64,000 nt of DNA from Octopus vulgaris (lineage: Eukaryota). Below are positions 43,530 through 58,344 of this stretch, piece after piece. The notes beneath the pieces are model-generated. The model saw nothing but the letters and a program-made list of their open reading frames with translations, had not been told where the DNA came from and searched no databases. Within the stretch, counting starts at the first letter, position 1. Each line of letters starts with the position of its first letter. Both the position numbers and the translations under genes were made by a program. The stretch is from the NCBI GenBank assembly GCA_951406725.2, contig OX597816.1:32240001-32304000 (forward strand). The letters are read 5' to 3'.

Positions 43530-44060
43530 TTCATCTACTCAATTAAATTAGGTAGCAGATCAAGCAGAAATTCTTCCTCGGCCTCCTTTATTGACGTTTC
43601 AAGTTCATCAAACAATGCATATTGCTTGCATTCACTGTACCCAACATTAGTGAAGACATTCTCTATAGGATTACGGTCGGCATTTGTTGCTGGCCATGGC
43701 ATGACTTCAACCCCAGTTGCATGCAGGAAATCTAAAGTTATTTCTGCTATATGATTAATGGAATTTTCCTGTTGAAATATGAAGTTCTTGACGTGGAGAC
43801 ATCTTCCATCTTAGTCAATGTGAGCCCCGTCTAAGATATCAATGTATCGTGTAGCATTGAAACGGCCATCCATGATGACAAATGGCACCTTCCCATTGTC
43901 AGATAATGCACTGCACAACATAAGACCTCCTCTGCTGCCCTGTCACTAAGAATAGATAGAATTTTGTATATATTTGTCTGCATAGTAACCCTTATAATCG
44001 TCGAGGCAGTCCAAAGTACGATTTTTTCTCATCAGAGAACAGAACTGTGGTCATTCATCA
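43530..44060 (-). pseudogene. Tc1-like transposase catalytic domain remnant
   Basis: Minus strand gives VLFSDEKK, GGLMLCSALSDNGK, RYIDIL, FIFQQENSINH, VMPWPATNADRNPIENVF. Confidence 0.85.
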
Positions 44061-44271
44061 TCCCTATGGAAAGGGGACAATACCAGAGGCCCTAGTCGCT
44101 TTCTTAGGGGGAAACCATGGTTCAAAATCACCATTTCTACGTTGGGGATCGCGTCTCCTACACCTGCTAATGCCTCTATTTTTAAACAGAAGAGCTGCGT
44201 GACCTCTACACAGCCCTGACAATGATTTCTTCATCCCTCTCTGTCTGCCTATATGTCTGTATGTATGTATT

Positions 44272-44373
<102 letters not shown>

Positions 44374-44739
44374 AAGAGAAAATAAGAAAAAACACAGAAG
44401 CAAATTTGTTTTACAAGATTTAAGAGAGTCATGATAATAAAGACATACAATTTTTTTTTTTAAATAAGGTTTTATTCATTCAGCATAATTGAAGTAAGGA
44501 CGGGTTTCGTATTCCTCATTAAACTGTGTTGAAAGAGATACATTGCTAAGGAAAAAAAAATACTAGGGGAGATAATTGTCCACTCATTTATTTTGCAGTA
44601 AAGGAGAGGTAAATCTGTAATTTGTATGTAATTTGTATGTTTTTTTTAACTAACAATGTGCTATTTAGAAATAATATATCAGGAGTCTTTTTCACAATTT
44701 GGAAATCCTCTCGCACAATACATAAAACAAAATTGTAAA

Positions 44740-45660
44740 ATATTTTTGGACGAACGTTTCATCCTCTGAAATGAAAACATAGATAAGCTCTTGGAGTTCA
44801 AGAGACTTCTCAATAACATTAACATCAACATACAATTCATAATGGAATACATCCACGAGGAACTCCATTCCTAGACATACATTTTAAAAAATAAACAAAA
44901 AAAATAGAAACAGACAACATTTACAAGTCCACAGATGCCAGGCAATTTAGCTATTGTCACCCGAGACATATAGAAACAAATATCCCCTTCTACTTAGCAA
45001 GAATGTTTTGTACCATAGTCTCCTAAAAAAAATACCTGTGTAATATTGCAAGAGCACAAAAGTGTACTCCAGAGCAGGCACTACCCAACTCCACTCATAA
45101 ATGAAGGAATTAAACACAGAAAATCGATTAATATTTGGGCATGAAGAAAATCCAAACGCAACGACTCATCTGCAATCAAAGCACTAAAGTATATCTCCAC
45201 ATGAATCACCAGAAAAAACTAGCATTTCATATCACCGTGTAAAATCGTCTATATTCCATAGGGACTCCAAACTCAAGGAAATGCTATGTAACCATGGAAT
45301 CATTAAGAGCAGCACACGGTCTAAGATATTGAAGAAAATTCTCACCACTGCCAAGCTATTCGTTAGAACAACAGGCGCAAGAGTCATAAAGTGTATTCGC
45401 CCTCATTTTACAGAACATGTTCCACTCTGTTGGAGGGATTTCAATTCTATTTCAGACAAGGACAAATATTCAAAATCAAATCTAACTTCACTTGCGTCTC
45501 TCGAAACCTTATATTACGTAATCGGATGCACTGGATGCCATCGGAACTATATTGGCTCCATAGGAAATTCTATCCGAAAGACATGTACGGTCCACAGACG
45601 ACAAATTACCGCCCAACAATATCGCCAAATATACCTCAGCCAAAACAATGACGAATATTC
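44740..45660 (+). pseudogene. Second PLE RT-thumb plus GIY-YIG remnant
   Basis: FLDERFIL...LLEFKRLLNNININIQFIMEY, FLDI, YKSTD, CHPRHIETNIPFYLAR, LYYVIGCTGCHRNYIGSIGNSIRKTCTVHRRQI. Confidence 0.8.
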
Positions 45661-45677
45661 TTTTATTCTTGTTTTAT

Positions 45678-46001
45678 TCTGTGTCCACTATAAACTTCGA
45701 ACAGAGGAGGAAAGCAGGTTCCCTTTCCTGGTCTGGCATCCACAGAGTAGTTTCGCGGTAACTAATATAAACTAATTTAGTCTGTGGATGCCAGATCAGC
45801 AAAGGGAAGCTGCTGACTTCCCCAGTTCGAAGGTTATAATGGACACAGATTTGTGTATCACATAGCTAGCTACAGGTGATGACCTCTTGGAGCTAATTAG
45901 CAGCAGCATTTGTCCTGTTCAGCTGGACTGCCATGTTAGCTTGGCGATAACTATTGATATCCAGTACCGCTGCCGTAGTATCCTTTAGAGAGAATTACAA
46001 A

Positions 46002-46007
<6 letters not shown>
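45678..46007 (+). mobile_element. Diverged relative of the 363-bp hammerhead unit, with 5' inverted arm, ending in (TA)n
   Basis: 45678-45746 is the inverse of 45781-45849; 45780-46000 aligns by eye to 58378-58600. Confidence 0.75.
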
Positions 46008-46047
<40 letters not shown>

Positions 46048-46595
46048 ACCTCATTATTCCGGATTTAGTCTCAGAACATTACTGCTACAGAGACAAGAGA
46101 ACTCGGTTCTTCAAGAAGCATTATTGAAGGGTATATATGTGGACATGTGGAACATGGAAGATCACTTCGAGAATTCCGTTCTTTTCAAAGCGGACAAACA
46201 TCTAGGAAATTTTTTTAGAATTATTAACCAAAGGAGTTACTTCATTTTGGAAATGAAAGCGATAGCTTTAAGCGATGCAGGACAGAGTTGTCATTTCATA
46301 CACCACAGGTAATGTTGCTTAAAACTCAGGATGGCCTCACGGTTAAACATATCGAATGCAGGAAAAGCGTACAAAATCTACACAAAGCTTTTAGAGTTGC
46401 ACTGAAAATCGATGCACTACGCCAATGAATGTTCGAAGAATTGCTTCCTATTTTGGTCAGTTAATTTTAAATATCATTCCAAATGATGTAAGGCTGTGGG
46501 CATGAAGAGGTGTAGGAAATTCTGGATGCACACTCCTATCGCTATCTGAAAGACTGTAGAAATACATTAGATTTAGAAGTCCAATATCCTCCTCC

Positions 46596-46628
<33 letters not shown>

Positions 46629-46849
46629 TATGGATGTATGACGTTTTCGAAACATCGAGATCTCCTTGTGTAAAGTTTTCTGGATGGAACTACATCGAAG
46701 CTCGAAACACAGATGGGGGCAGGATCATGAAACTCCCTTATTCACCAGATGCCACGCATCAGACGAGGTTTAATTAAAATATAGCAAAGCAAACGAATAT
46801 GTTATAGCATGGCCGGTACCTCCGGGATAAAACTAGAAGAAAAGAGAAG

Positions 46850-46898
<49 letters not shown>

Positions 46899-47268
46899 AA
46901 GTGTGAGTGTATGTGTATGTGTGTTGTTGCTGTCAGGAAATATTTAGATTACTTTATACCTAAGATCTCATCATGAAGACTTAGAATACGAATAAATATT
47001 TTATGATGTGAAATAGTAACTTTCAATTATTTGTCAATATAACGATATAAGACAACTGAATGACAGGAATGTACAAAATGAGATACAAATAATTTGTTCA
47101 CACCGAATTATATGTTAATCGAAGTGTGTTTTGTTGTCTATCGTTATATAGAAGTTCACTCTATATGTTACTGTGCGCATAAATTTAACATTACTAACCA
47201 GCTAATCATGTAACATCTGTAGGTGTAGCGTGTTCATTTGCGTGCCGCACCAACGTACACGTGCGCAC

Positions 47269-47604
<336 letters not shown>

Positions 47605-47881
47605 TGTACAGACGCACAGAAATACAAATATATAACATTACTAGACAGCTACTAAAATATATAGCATGGATAAGTTAAGGAATGGACTCAAATGCAAATT
47701 TTATTTAAATCATACTTGCAACACATGTTTCGAAAAAAGATTATTTCGGACGGAAAGAAAATGATGGAATACCCTTGGCACCTATGTGAATCTTTGCTGT
47801 CATGATAACAATTTTTTGTAGACATTTAAAAAAATATATATAACATTACATATGTGTGTGTGCATGCGTGTATATATATAT

Positions 47882-48107
47882 ATTATTAGGGAGTAAATCC
47901 AAACTTACAGGGAAAAATTAGATTTAAGGTTAAAACCAATTTTTTTGTATAAATATACATATATATTATATTAAATTAGAGATAAAACCACTATTAGACA
48001 AATCAAACAGTGAAAATAATAAACCAATAAATTTTAATCTAATTTAAGTATTTTTTGTTTTATGATTTTCACTGTTTGATTTGCCTAATAGTGGTTTTAT
48101 CTCTAAT

Positions 48108-48115
<8 letters not shown>
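47882..48115. mobile_element. Short fold-back insertion between (TA)n tracts
   Basis: Arms 47969-48024 and 48057-48113. Confidence 0.8.
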
Positions 48116-48201
<86 letters not shown>

Positions 48202-48901
48202 GTATGTATGTATGTATACATATATATCTATCTATATATATATATATATATATGTACATGTGCGTGTGTATGTATGTAAGTATTTCGTATAAGATAGATG
48301 CGTACCACATCCTCATAAAAGCCTCCATGATACTGCTGGTTACCGTATATTAATCCCAGCCTTCCCAGTTAACTTACGAGATTGTTATATATGCGTATGA
48401 TGAATATAATGATAACGGATGGAAAATTTAATTTACGCTGTACATAGTTGTGAGCTACTATATTTCACACATTTGGGATTTTTTTTTAAAGCTGGTTTAT
48501 ATAACCTAACTAATGTCTGCAAGCCTTCTTAATGCTTTTAGTTTATGACATAAATATGTTACAGATTAGGACAACTGAACGAGAGAAATCAGGACGAAAA
48601 ACCAGCGGAAGTTAGATGCAGAAAGTGGGAGGGTAAGAGAAGCAGGAACAGAAATTAATAAATGAATTAGGATTAATCCCCAATGACTATAGAGTCATGA
48701 ATCTAGTTCATGCATAATCAACGAAAGAGGGTTCGGTGGAAGCCTTACATCGGAAAATATGTCCTCTTTCAGTAACATAACAATCCAAACGATAAGTATT
48801 ATATATATTTTGCGAAGGTTTCTTCAAAGAATATATGCTACTAACCTATCTTCATTCCTGCACATGTATGCATACATACTCACACACACACACACACACA
48901 T

Positions 48902-48932
<31 letters not shown>

Positions 48933-49313
48933 CTCACAGATACACATATATGTCTCTATATATATACATAGAAATGCATAAAGAGACACAGTGTAATATG
49001 TGTGTGCGTGTGTGCATGTGTGCATGTGTGTATAGCAGTTGTATTATGTGTGTGTGTGCATTTGTGTGAGTGTGTATATGTGTGTGTGTGCCTGTGCGTA
49101 TATGTGTCTGTATGCTTGGCTGTGTGTCTGATAGTACTGTTTAATTTTGTAACGTTCATAGTAAAGCATGTCTCGGCTATATGTTTTCTTTCCTGCTGTG
49201 CAAAATAATGTTATCAGTTTGCAATAATATGTCATTTTAAATTTGAAAAACTCCTTGCAATTCACGTTCGAAACTCTAGCCGAAAGAGCAACATATATGC
49301 AACTTATATAAAA

Positions 49314-49701
49314 CTAGCAGTATCGACCGGCGTTGCTAAGGTTTGTAAGGGAAATAACTATATAAGCATTTTTAGAGAGTTATAGCCAAGAAATAGCAAA
49401 AAGTGCATTTAAAATGGAAAAAAATGATGGTAATTTTCTTTTAAAATCGTTGAATCATCGTAGACATTTTTGGAGAGTTACTTCCCTTTAAAAAATATGC
49501 ATTAAAATGGAAAAAAATGATGGTAAATTATTTTTAAAATCGTAGACTCATCGTAGACGTGCGTTAATACTCAGAAGGGCTCGATATGAATCACGACTAT
49601 AAGATACCCGATTTTGGTTAAACTGCACCACAAAATGTGGGATTAGTTAGGAATCTAAATCTGAGTAGACAGACACACAACCTTACTTTCATATATAAAG
49701 A
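49314..49701 (-). mobile_element. Complete non-autonomous Helitron
   Basis: Minus strand A|TCtttatatatgaaag...gcaacgccggtcgatactgCTAG|T: TC start, GC-rich subterminal element, CTAG end, A|T target, internal direct repeat of about 90 bp. Confidence 0.85.
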
Positions 49702-50221
49702 TTACGTTGAAAGCAAATGAAATGCTGTCCTTAGAAGCAAAATTATTTAAAGTTTGTGGAAACAATGCGCAGATAACGATAAAAAAATACTTATATGTTA
49801 TATCTTCAACATATAATATATATCAGCGTTCAGTAGGCGTCTCTACTTCCAGCCTATACGTTTATATATTTAAATGGGAAATGGGAAGCGTAAATATGTG
49901 TCGTGCCTCAGAGTGCGGCGGCATTCTTAATATATTTTCAGAATAATGATAAAACAAAATGGCTTATATTTAAAATCAAATTATTAGAACACAGAAACAA
50001 AATTACAGAAGTTAGGTGCAATAGATAGACGTAAATAATCGCATGAAGAATAATATTGAAAGCTCCGTGTCAATGATAGTGTGTTGGAAGAACAAAAGAC
50101 TGTTGTTACAGGCAAGTTGTTAATATAAATAATATATGACAGATATATTTCAGTGTGTCGATATATAAATATAACGCTTCACAAAAATACGCTTAAACGC
50201 TTACATGTATACATACATGCA

Positions 50222-50257
<36 letters not shown>

Positions 50258-50258
50258 T

Positions 50259-50334
<76 letters not shown>

Positions 50335-51753
50335 ATGTGTGTATATATGTATATATATATATGTGTGTGTGTGTGTATATATATATATACATACATACAT
50401 CTATACATGCATGTGCGGTTAATATGTTTGTGAATTGTTAAACATAAACATACATATATATATATATATATATATATGTGTATGTCTCTGTGTGCTGTGT
50501 ATGTGTATATATGTGCATCAATATATTTATGTGTGTGTGTGTATTGTATATAAGTATATTTATATATTTCTCTATGCATAACTACATCTTTACAAACATA
50601 AGATGCACCGAAAGAACAAATAGGGTACTGTCAGGATTCCTATAACTGGAATTTTCCACCGGTATGCATACAATGAATTCGAGATTAAATAAGCAAGCTC
50701 TTGATATTGCTGTAGAAATAAAACTTTGATCGAAATATTTTAACCCGTGAACAGCATGCGCTTTATGTTCAGCTAGTATTACATAACTGAATAACCCTTT
50801 CCTTATTTCAGATATCTTACGAAATTTTGCTTGTTATTTCACTCATCTGAAAAGAGATTCCTGCCTCGTTTCTACAGTAAATTGTATAAATTATAATTTC
50901 ATAAAAATTTCTGAAGAATCGAGGTAGGTGTCCTCAACGCAATCTCCTTTATCATTGTGAATTCAATTTTCAAGGTTGGATTGTGTAATTTCCCTGCTAG
51001 GTATGCTTCATATTGCAACACATCGTTTCTTCAATTCTATATAACAAATCACAACGTAGAAGCAAATTACTTTTGCTTTGCCTTAAAATTTTGCAAACAT
51101 TCCACCTTCGGAAATGCTCGTAAAAATTCTATATATGCAAAATCAAATGTTAAGAGAAATATGTTTTATCATTTACAAATTGATCTCAAGTTAAAATACA
51201 TACTCAGAAATTTCGGGAGGTTTACTTAGTTTTCTGCAGAGCAATAATTTCAACGTCTTCATCTGTTAACGTTAGTTAGAAATATTTCAGTGAAGTAAAG
51301 TCTAACATATCGAAATTAAGAATAAATACGTGAGAATAATTGGTTATAAGGTACCAATATTCTCGTATTATCACTGCTAAAATTTACAATCCATGAGTAA
51401 ATTTCAGTCACAATGGAACAGGCAATGAAGAATCACAACAGAAGCAAACCTGATAATTTGATACAATTAGCAAAAGCTGGCAGAGTTGCAGTTATTCTGA
51501 AATAAATCATTTTTGTGTTTACCTGCACTATTCTCTAAATAATGGATGGGAATTAAAATATAAAATTTTACTAACATTATTACTGGACAAATTAACACCC
51601 CATTTAGATGTGTTTGATGGAGTGTGCCGTTGTGTAAAAGTATTTTGGGAATATATTTGGAAAGGAAAGCATTGCCCCATTCGATTAATAGTCTCGTCTC
51701 TTACACATTGGAAAAACACACATACACAAAATGCACCCACCGAACACACACAA

Positions 51754-51824
<71 letters not shown>

Positions 51825-52119
51825 CGGATGTATGTGCGTATATATATATATATATATATGTACTTCATTCCAGTATTACCATATCGGACCGATTTCAGGG
51901 TTAGCTTATAACAGCCCTCCTTTCGTCAGTGATACATGTGGCAAAAGAAATAAATGAGATACTTACTCATACCCATGGAAGAAGCAAACACTAAGTCATG
52001 AGCACAATTAAGTACCCCAAATACATCCAAAATAGAAATACTCTAGCCCATTCGAGGCACGTGCGATTTGAACTGATGCTCTCAAAGAGTGAAAGAGTCC
52101 GGAAGTGAACGCTTAAATT

Positions 52120-52571
52120 TATATCTAATGTAGGATAACATTTTTTTCGAAAAAATTATTTTGCAAAAAAAAATTTATCAATGGCCAGCATATTAAAAAA
52201 TACCTTTAAAGGTTAAAATTATAAACAATTCATAAATAAGGGCAAACAAAAAATTTCTAATGCCAAATATGCCGAAATTGGGACATATTGTCCATTAACC
52301 ATATATTTTTTTCACAATACGCACGCTACTCAAAAAAAGTGAACAGAAATTTCTAAAACATTCCATTATTACCGTAGCGTGCGTATTGTGAAAAAATTAT
52401 ATGGACAATGTGTCCAATTTTTCGGCATATTTGGCATTACAAATTTTTTCGTTTGTCCTTATTTATGAATTTTTTATGATTTTAACCTTTAAATGTTTTT
52501 TTTAATATACTGGCCATTGATAACAATTTTTGGGGAAAATAATTTTTTCGAAAAACATTTTATCCTACGTT

Positions 52572-52578
<7 letters not shown>
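52120..52578. mobile_element. Fold-back with arms of about 205 bp abutting (TA)n
   Basis: Arms 52120-52329 and 52374-52578, moderately diverged. Confidence 0.85.
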
Positions 52579-52651
<73 letters not shown>

Positions 52652-53081
52652 GCTAGTTTTCTACTACAATATTCAGCAATAACATCTTGTACAGCTCAAT
52701 AGTAAGAATACGAAAACATACATATTGAAATACATTCGTCGATTCAATTCTACTCCCTTTAACTTCAGTGTACAATTCAGTAATAAGAAGATTATCATTT
52801 AGTTTCCATGAAATTATGGAGGTGAATTATATTACCGTTCTTAGAGAGCGAGATCATGTAATAAAATATATACGTATCGAAAGTACTCCAATGTAATATG
52901 ATACACACACCTACACATCACCAAAGTGTACGTACACCGCTATATTTATGTAAAGAGGAACTCCAAACTGGGATAAGAACGCAAAACGTCCAGAGAGCTG
53001 ATACGAAAAAGTGACAACAAAACAACCAGACAGTCGATACAAAAAATAACAGATGAGTCATTCGGAGTTTTCTTTCTTCAT

Positions 53082-53126
<45 letters not shown>

Positions 53127-53128
53127 GT

Positions 53129-53186
<58 letters not shown>

Positions 53187-53211
53187 TATATGTATACATA
53201 CATACATATAT

Positions 53212-53242
<31 letters not shown>

Positions 53243-53244
53243 CA

Positions 53245-53311
<67 letters not shown>

Positions 53312-54859
53312 ATCTATGTTTCTATGTATATATTAAACGCCCAAATTGTGAAGAGATATATGTTGCTCATACTGAGCATGCGTTATCGCAACTTTCACGT
53401 GTGTGCTGACAGCAAATTAGGGAGCATGATGACCGTCATATATGTTTAAGTAACCATCGTACATGTGGTCAGAAAACATTTATGATATTCCTATTCTACA
53501 AACTCCCCGACTCAAGTAAAATTGAGGGATATTGAGTAAAATTGAGTAAACAGTCAGGGAAAATAATTTTATTGATTAATAAAAACGCTTTCTAAATGGA
53601 GTGATATAGTAACGTGATAATTATACAGGCGATGGCGACAGCAATTACCACTCATTCCACGACTATTACCACCACTCACAACAAGGATAATAGAAGTGAT
53701 GGGCGGAGGGTAGTACTGTTTACCAACTGTACATTGATTGGGATATAAATATTTGTGGAGTAACTGTAGAATTCAACGAAAACAGGAATGTTGTTTACAG
53801 CATTCCAACATATAGCCAAACAATCATTCCTTTAGGTGCGGTCAAAGTTAAGAATCCTTGATGTGCCCACCAAACTGCGGCTTCTAAAACACATACTGAT
53901 TGGTCGAAATACTGTTAGAATTTAGTTGGTGCTTTCACCAATCATTGAAATCTTTGTGACATACTGTTTAGTCATCCAAGGATATTTAAATGATAGATCC
54001 AAATATTTCACTACAGTTGTCAATTGCGGAACGTGACTGTCACTACATGAACTTGATTTTTCTAAGGCATGAAAGAACTAGTTTATTTCAATATCGTAAA
54101 ATTGTAAAAATTACAAATAATAATACTTCAAAATCAGACGAAGCTGGAACTTCATTGATTAAGATATACATCGTGGAAAAATAACGAAGTGTTAGCGTCA
54201 AGCAGTGTTTAGACATAAGCACATTTAGTTCACTTAAAATATATTTGTGACATATTTCAGCTGCTAAAAGGCAAATTCACTGCAATTACAGTAGAAAGAA
54301 TAATTCTCGCTTGGCAAAAAGTTGTGAAAACACCCTATTTGTTCAGAGGCCTGATTCATTATCAGGAATCCCAGACATTGGTGCTTCAAGCTTCTTGGCT
54401 CTTATCAATGGATGTACCTAAGAGATGCAAATCTGAACAAAGTTATAAACAGTTTAACTTAATGTAAAATATAGTCAACAAAGCTGATTAATTTGTGCGT
54501 GGGAAAATAACGAAATGTTGCACCCAGCGCTGTTTATTCATAAGCAAAATTTAGGCTCTTTAAAATATGTTACCGTAGAGAAAAGATTTTTCTTCTGGTG
54601 AGAAGGTATGAAAGCAATTGGTCAAATATTAGGTAATTTTTTTCTCTATGGTAATTGCATTCAATTTGCATTTCAGCAGTCAGAATATATCAAAAACACC
54701 TTCTTGAACGTATTTTACGTGACACTCTTCCTGTATGGATTTAAAATGATTAGGCTCTGCCAGGTACATCCCATTGTCAAGTGTCAGGAAGCTTGAAGCA
54801 CCAATGTCGAGGGGTTCCTGATAAATGGTTACACTGAATAAAGAAGGTCATTTCACACC

Positions 54860-55073
54860 TACTCTTTTTCTTTTACTTGTTTCAGTCATTTGACAGTGGC
54901 CATGCTGGAGCACAACCTTTTAGTCGAGAAAATCAACCCCAGGACTTATTCTATCGGTCTTGCGGAAACGCTAAGTTACGGGGACGTAAGCACACCAGCA
55001 TCGGTTGTCGAGCGATGTTGGGGGGGGGGGCAAACAAATACACACAAACACATACACACACACATATATATAT

Positions 55074-55134
<61 letters not shown>

Positions 55135-55305
55135 TATATACGACGGGCTTCTTTCAGTTTCCGTCTACCAAATCCACTCACAAGGCTTTGGTCGGCCCTA
55201 GGCTATAGTAGAAGACACATGCCCAAGGTGCCACGCAGTGGGACTGAACCCGGAACCATGTGGTTGGTAAGCAAGCTACTTACCACACAGCCACTCCTAT
55301 GCCTA
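54860..55305 (-). mobile_element. Full-length SINE family A with internal (TA)n/(TG)n
   Basis: Minus strand aggcataggagtggctgtgtggtaag (A-box-like)...gggttcagtccc (B-box-like)...accttgggca (CORE-like)...microsatellite...gactgaaacaagtaaaag. Confidence 0.9.
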
Positions 55306-56069
55306 ACTTTTTAACAATTAGAGAAATATTTTCTCCAAGGTAACTGCAGTGAATCTGCCTTTTAGCAGTTAAAATATGTCACAAACGTATTTTAATTAAC
55401 CTACAAATTCCATAAGTATATAAATATATCAGGGTTACCTGATATTCTGAAATGTAGGAATGCACAGGCTACTGGGTTTTTTTCAGGATATTCTTGTGGT
55501 CAGTACAATTTATATAAATAGATAAGAGACAGAAAATGAAATTCACCGCACTCTTTTTTGAAATCTACTATTATCACTCAGGTAATTTTTCAAAAAGTCA
55601 CATGAGGGGAGCACTATGCATCTGTGATGCAAGACAGTTGATTGTGTAGCGACTCACGTATGTGTGAACAAGTACACGATCAGCTAAAATAATTCTAATT
55701 GATTTCAAAATTACATCTCGTGAATTCCAATTTGTGTTTATTTCATGTGCGTGTGTGTGTATGCGAATGTGTGTGTGTGCATGTGTGTGTGTGTGTGTGT
55801 GAGTCTCTGTGTGTCTGTATCATATCTGCCCCCAAGTTACACTAGAAAAACCATTTCCAAAAAGAATTACTAAAATGATTTATTATTGATGCTATGTGAT
55901 GCCCTTATATGACTTTTAGGGCCCAACCAAGGTTATATGCATTTTATTGCATATTGCCCAGATGTTCTGGCTGGCAGGACGAAGAGTTGTTACTGTGTGC
56001 ACTCACTTAACGTGTCTTTTCAGGCTTCCAACTGAGAGGCACATCTTTATATATATACATTCATATAAA

Positions 56070-56382
56070 CGCAGTGCCTCGTAGGTTCTTAGTCGAACAA
56101 ATCAACCCCGGGGAATATTCTATCGATATATTTTGATGAAACGCTAGATACAGGAACATATTATAAACACACCGTCACCAGTTGTCAAGTGGTGATGGGG
56201 AAAATACAGACATCTCAACAAACACACACATGTTTACGATGAGCTTCTTTCCGTTTCCGGCTACACAAATCCACTCACGAGGCTATAGCAGTAGGTCAGA
56301 CTTGCTCAATATGCCACGCGTAGGTGTGAACCCGGAATCATATGTTTGGGAAGCAAGTTACTTGCCACACTCCCATGCCTGA
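56070..56382 (-). mobile_element. Degenerate SINE family A
   Basis: Collinear with 54900-55300. Confidence 0.7.
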
Positions 56383-56572
56383 CATCTCCTATATATATAA
56401 ATTCTGTTTGTCATGCTTCTTTGAAGGTTTGATTACAATTCTGGACGTATTGCTTTCTGATGCTATATGATATTATAAGATGCCAGAAATTAACAATACC
56501 AAACGACCATCTGAGGATTTTGTTTTAGGCCATAGACACCAATAGGTGAAATATATGATATATATATATATA

Positions 56573-56630
<58 letters not shown>

Positions 56631-56632
<2 letters not shown>

Positions 56633-57209
56633 ATATATAAGATATATAAGTATGTGTAAAATAGGTACGTTTAAATTTGGTTCGCTGGACCCTACAGTAC
56701 AAGCTACAATCCGGATGAATTTTCTTAAAAAATTACAAAAATAAAGTAAGAAATAAAAAATTAAAAAATTAAAATAAAATGTTTATCTTTTTATTTTTAG
56801 CATTTTTAATTTTTAATTTTTTATTTCTTACTTTATTTTTGTAATATTTATTTTTTTAATTTTATTGTTATAACTTTTTATTTAAATTTTTATATGAATT
56901 ATGGCTTGTTCTGTAGGGTCCAGCGAACCTAATCTAAACATACCTATTTTACACATACTTAAAGGTTGTAAAAAATTAAGATATAGTTTATAGTATTGAA
57001 ATATAGTTTATAGTATTGATAAAGTGATAAAAGGGTCTGATGATTGGGTTACGTTTTTAAGATGGGTTCCAGCAAAACACGGAGCGGTTTAACAACCGAG
57101 GAACGTATCCCATGAAACACGTCTAGCCGAGTTATAAAACAGTAGGTATTTAAAATAAAAATTCTTTTTTATATGGTGAGATGAGGGGGCCTACTACCTC
57201 TAAATTAAA
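56631..57209 (+). mobile_element. Fold-back insertion between (TA)n tracts with degenerate hammerhead
   Basis: 56647-56705 is the inverse of 56903-56961; inner arms 56730-56775 and 56802-56846. Confidence 0.75.
57037..57123 (+). ncRNA. Degenerate hammerhead motif with long stem II
   Basis: CTGATGA-t-tgggttacgtt...aacgtatccca-t-GAAA-cacg-TC; stem I pairing is poor. Confidence 0.45.
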
Positions 57210-57265
57210 ATATATATATAATAAGATAGATACATATATACATATACATATATATATTTGTATAC

Positions 57266-57319
<54 letters not shown>

Positions 57320-57388
57320 AGTTATCACTGTACACATGCACCTTCACACTCATATGTAAACACACTTAAATACACAACCCCCACCACG

Positions 57389-57516
<128 letters not shown>

Positions 57517-57736
57517 TTAAAATTACTAAGTCTCTCTAAAAGAGAACAACGGCAGCGTTCCCGGAAAATATTAGTTATCGCCATACTAATATTGCATTCT
57601 TATAAAAATAAGAATAAAGCTGTCCGCTTATTAGCTCCATGAGGTCATCGTCTTAAGTTAGCTATTTGATACACAAACTGTATCCATATAACCTTTGAAC
57701 AAGGGAGGTCAGTCGCTCCACACTACTTGGCCGGCA

Positions 57737-57778
57737 GCTACAGACGCGTTTCGGGGTATTGCCCCTTTTCAATGCAGC
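57737..57778 (-). ncRNA. Hammerhead ribozyme motif, U3-A8 variant (inverted copy)
   Basis: Reverse complement of 58345-58386. Confidence 0.8.
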
Positions 57779-58344
57779 GTAGCCAGACCAGTAGGTGTCG
57801 CTTCTGACAATCTCTGTTCAAATGTTTTATTTACCTAGCTTCGATGGAATACATCCACTTGTTTTCAATAATAGAAATATTAAAATTACTAAGTCTCTCT
57901 AAAAGAGAACAACGGCAGCGTTCCCGGAAAATATTAGTTATCGCCATACTAATATGGCATTCTTATAAAAATAAGAATAAAGCTGTCCGCTTATTAGCTC
58001 CATGAGGCCACCGCCTTAAGTTAGCTATTTGATACACAAACTGTATCCATATAACCTTTGAACAAAGGTTATATGGATACAGTTTGTGTATCAAATAGCT
58101 AACTTAAGGCGATGGCCTCATGGAACTAATAAGCGGACAGCTTTATTCTTATTTTTATAAGAATGCCATGTTAGTATGGCGATAACTAATATTTTCCGGG
58201 AACGCTGCCGTTGTTCTCTTTTAGAGAGACTTAGTAATTTTAATATTTCTATTATTGAAAACAAGTGGATGTATTACACCGAAGCTAGGTAAATAAAACC
58301 TTTGAACAGAGATTGTCAGAAGCGACACCTACTGGTCTGGCTAC

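Noticed and set aside
46670-46765. Minus-strand CTGATGC...ccaGAAA hammerhead-like spacing between TA tracts
   Set aside because: Core mismatch and no convincing stems I or III; may be a decayed PLE end but is not supportable
55230-55305. tRNA gene
   Set aside because: A- and B-box-like head embedded in a multi-copy SINE; no complete cloverleaf
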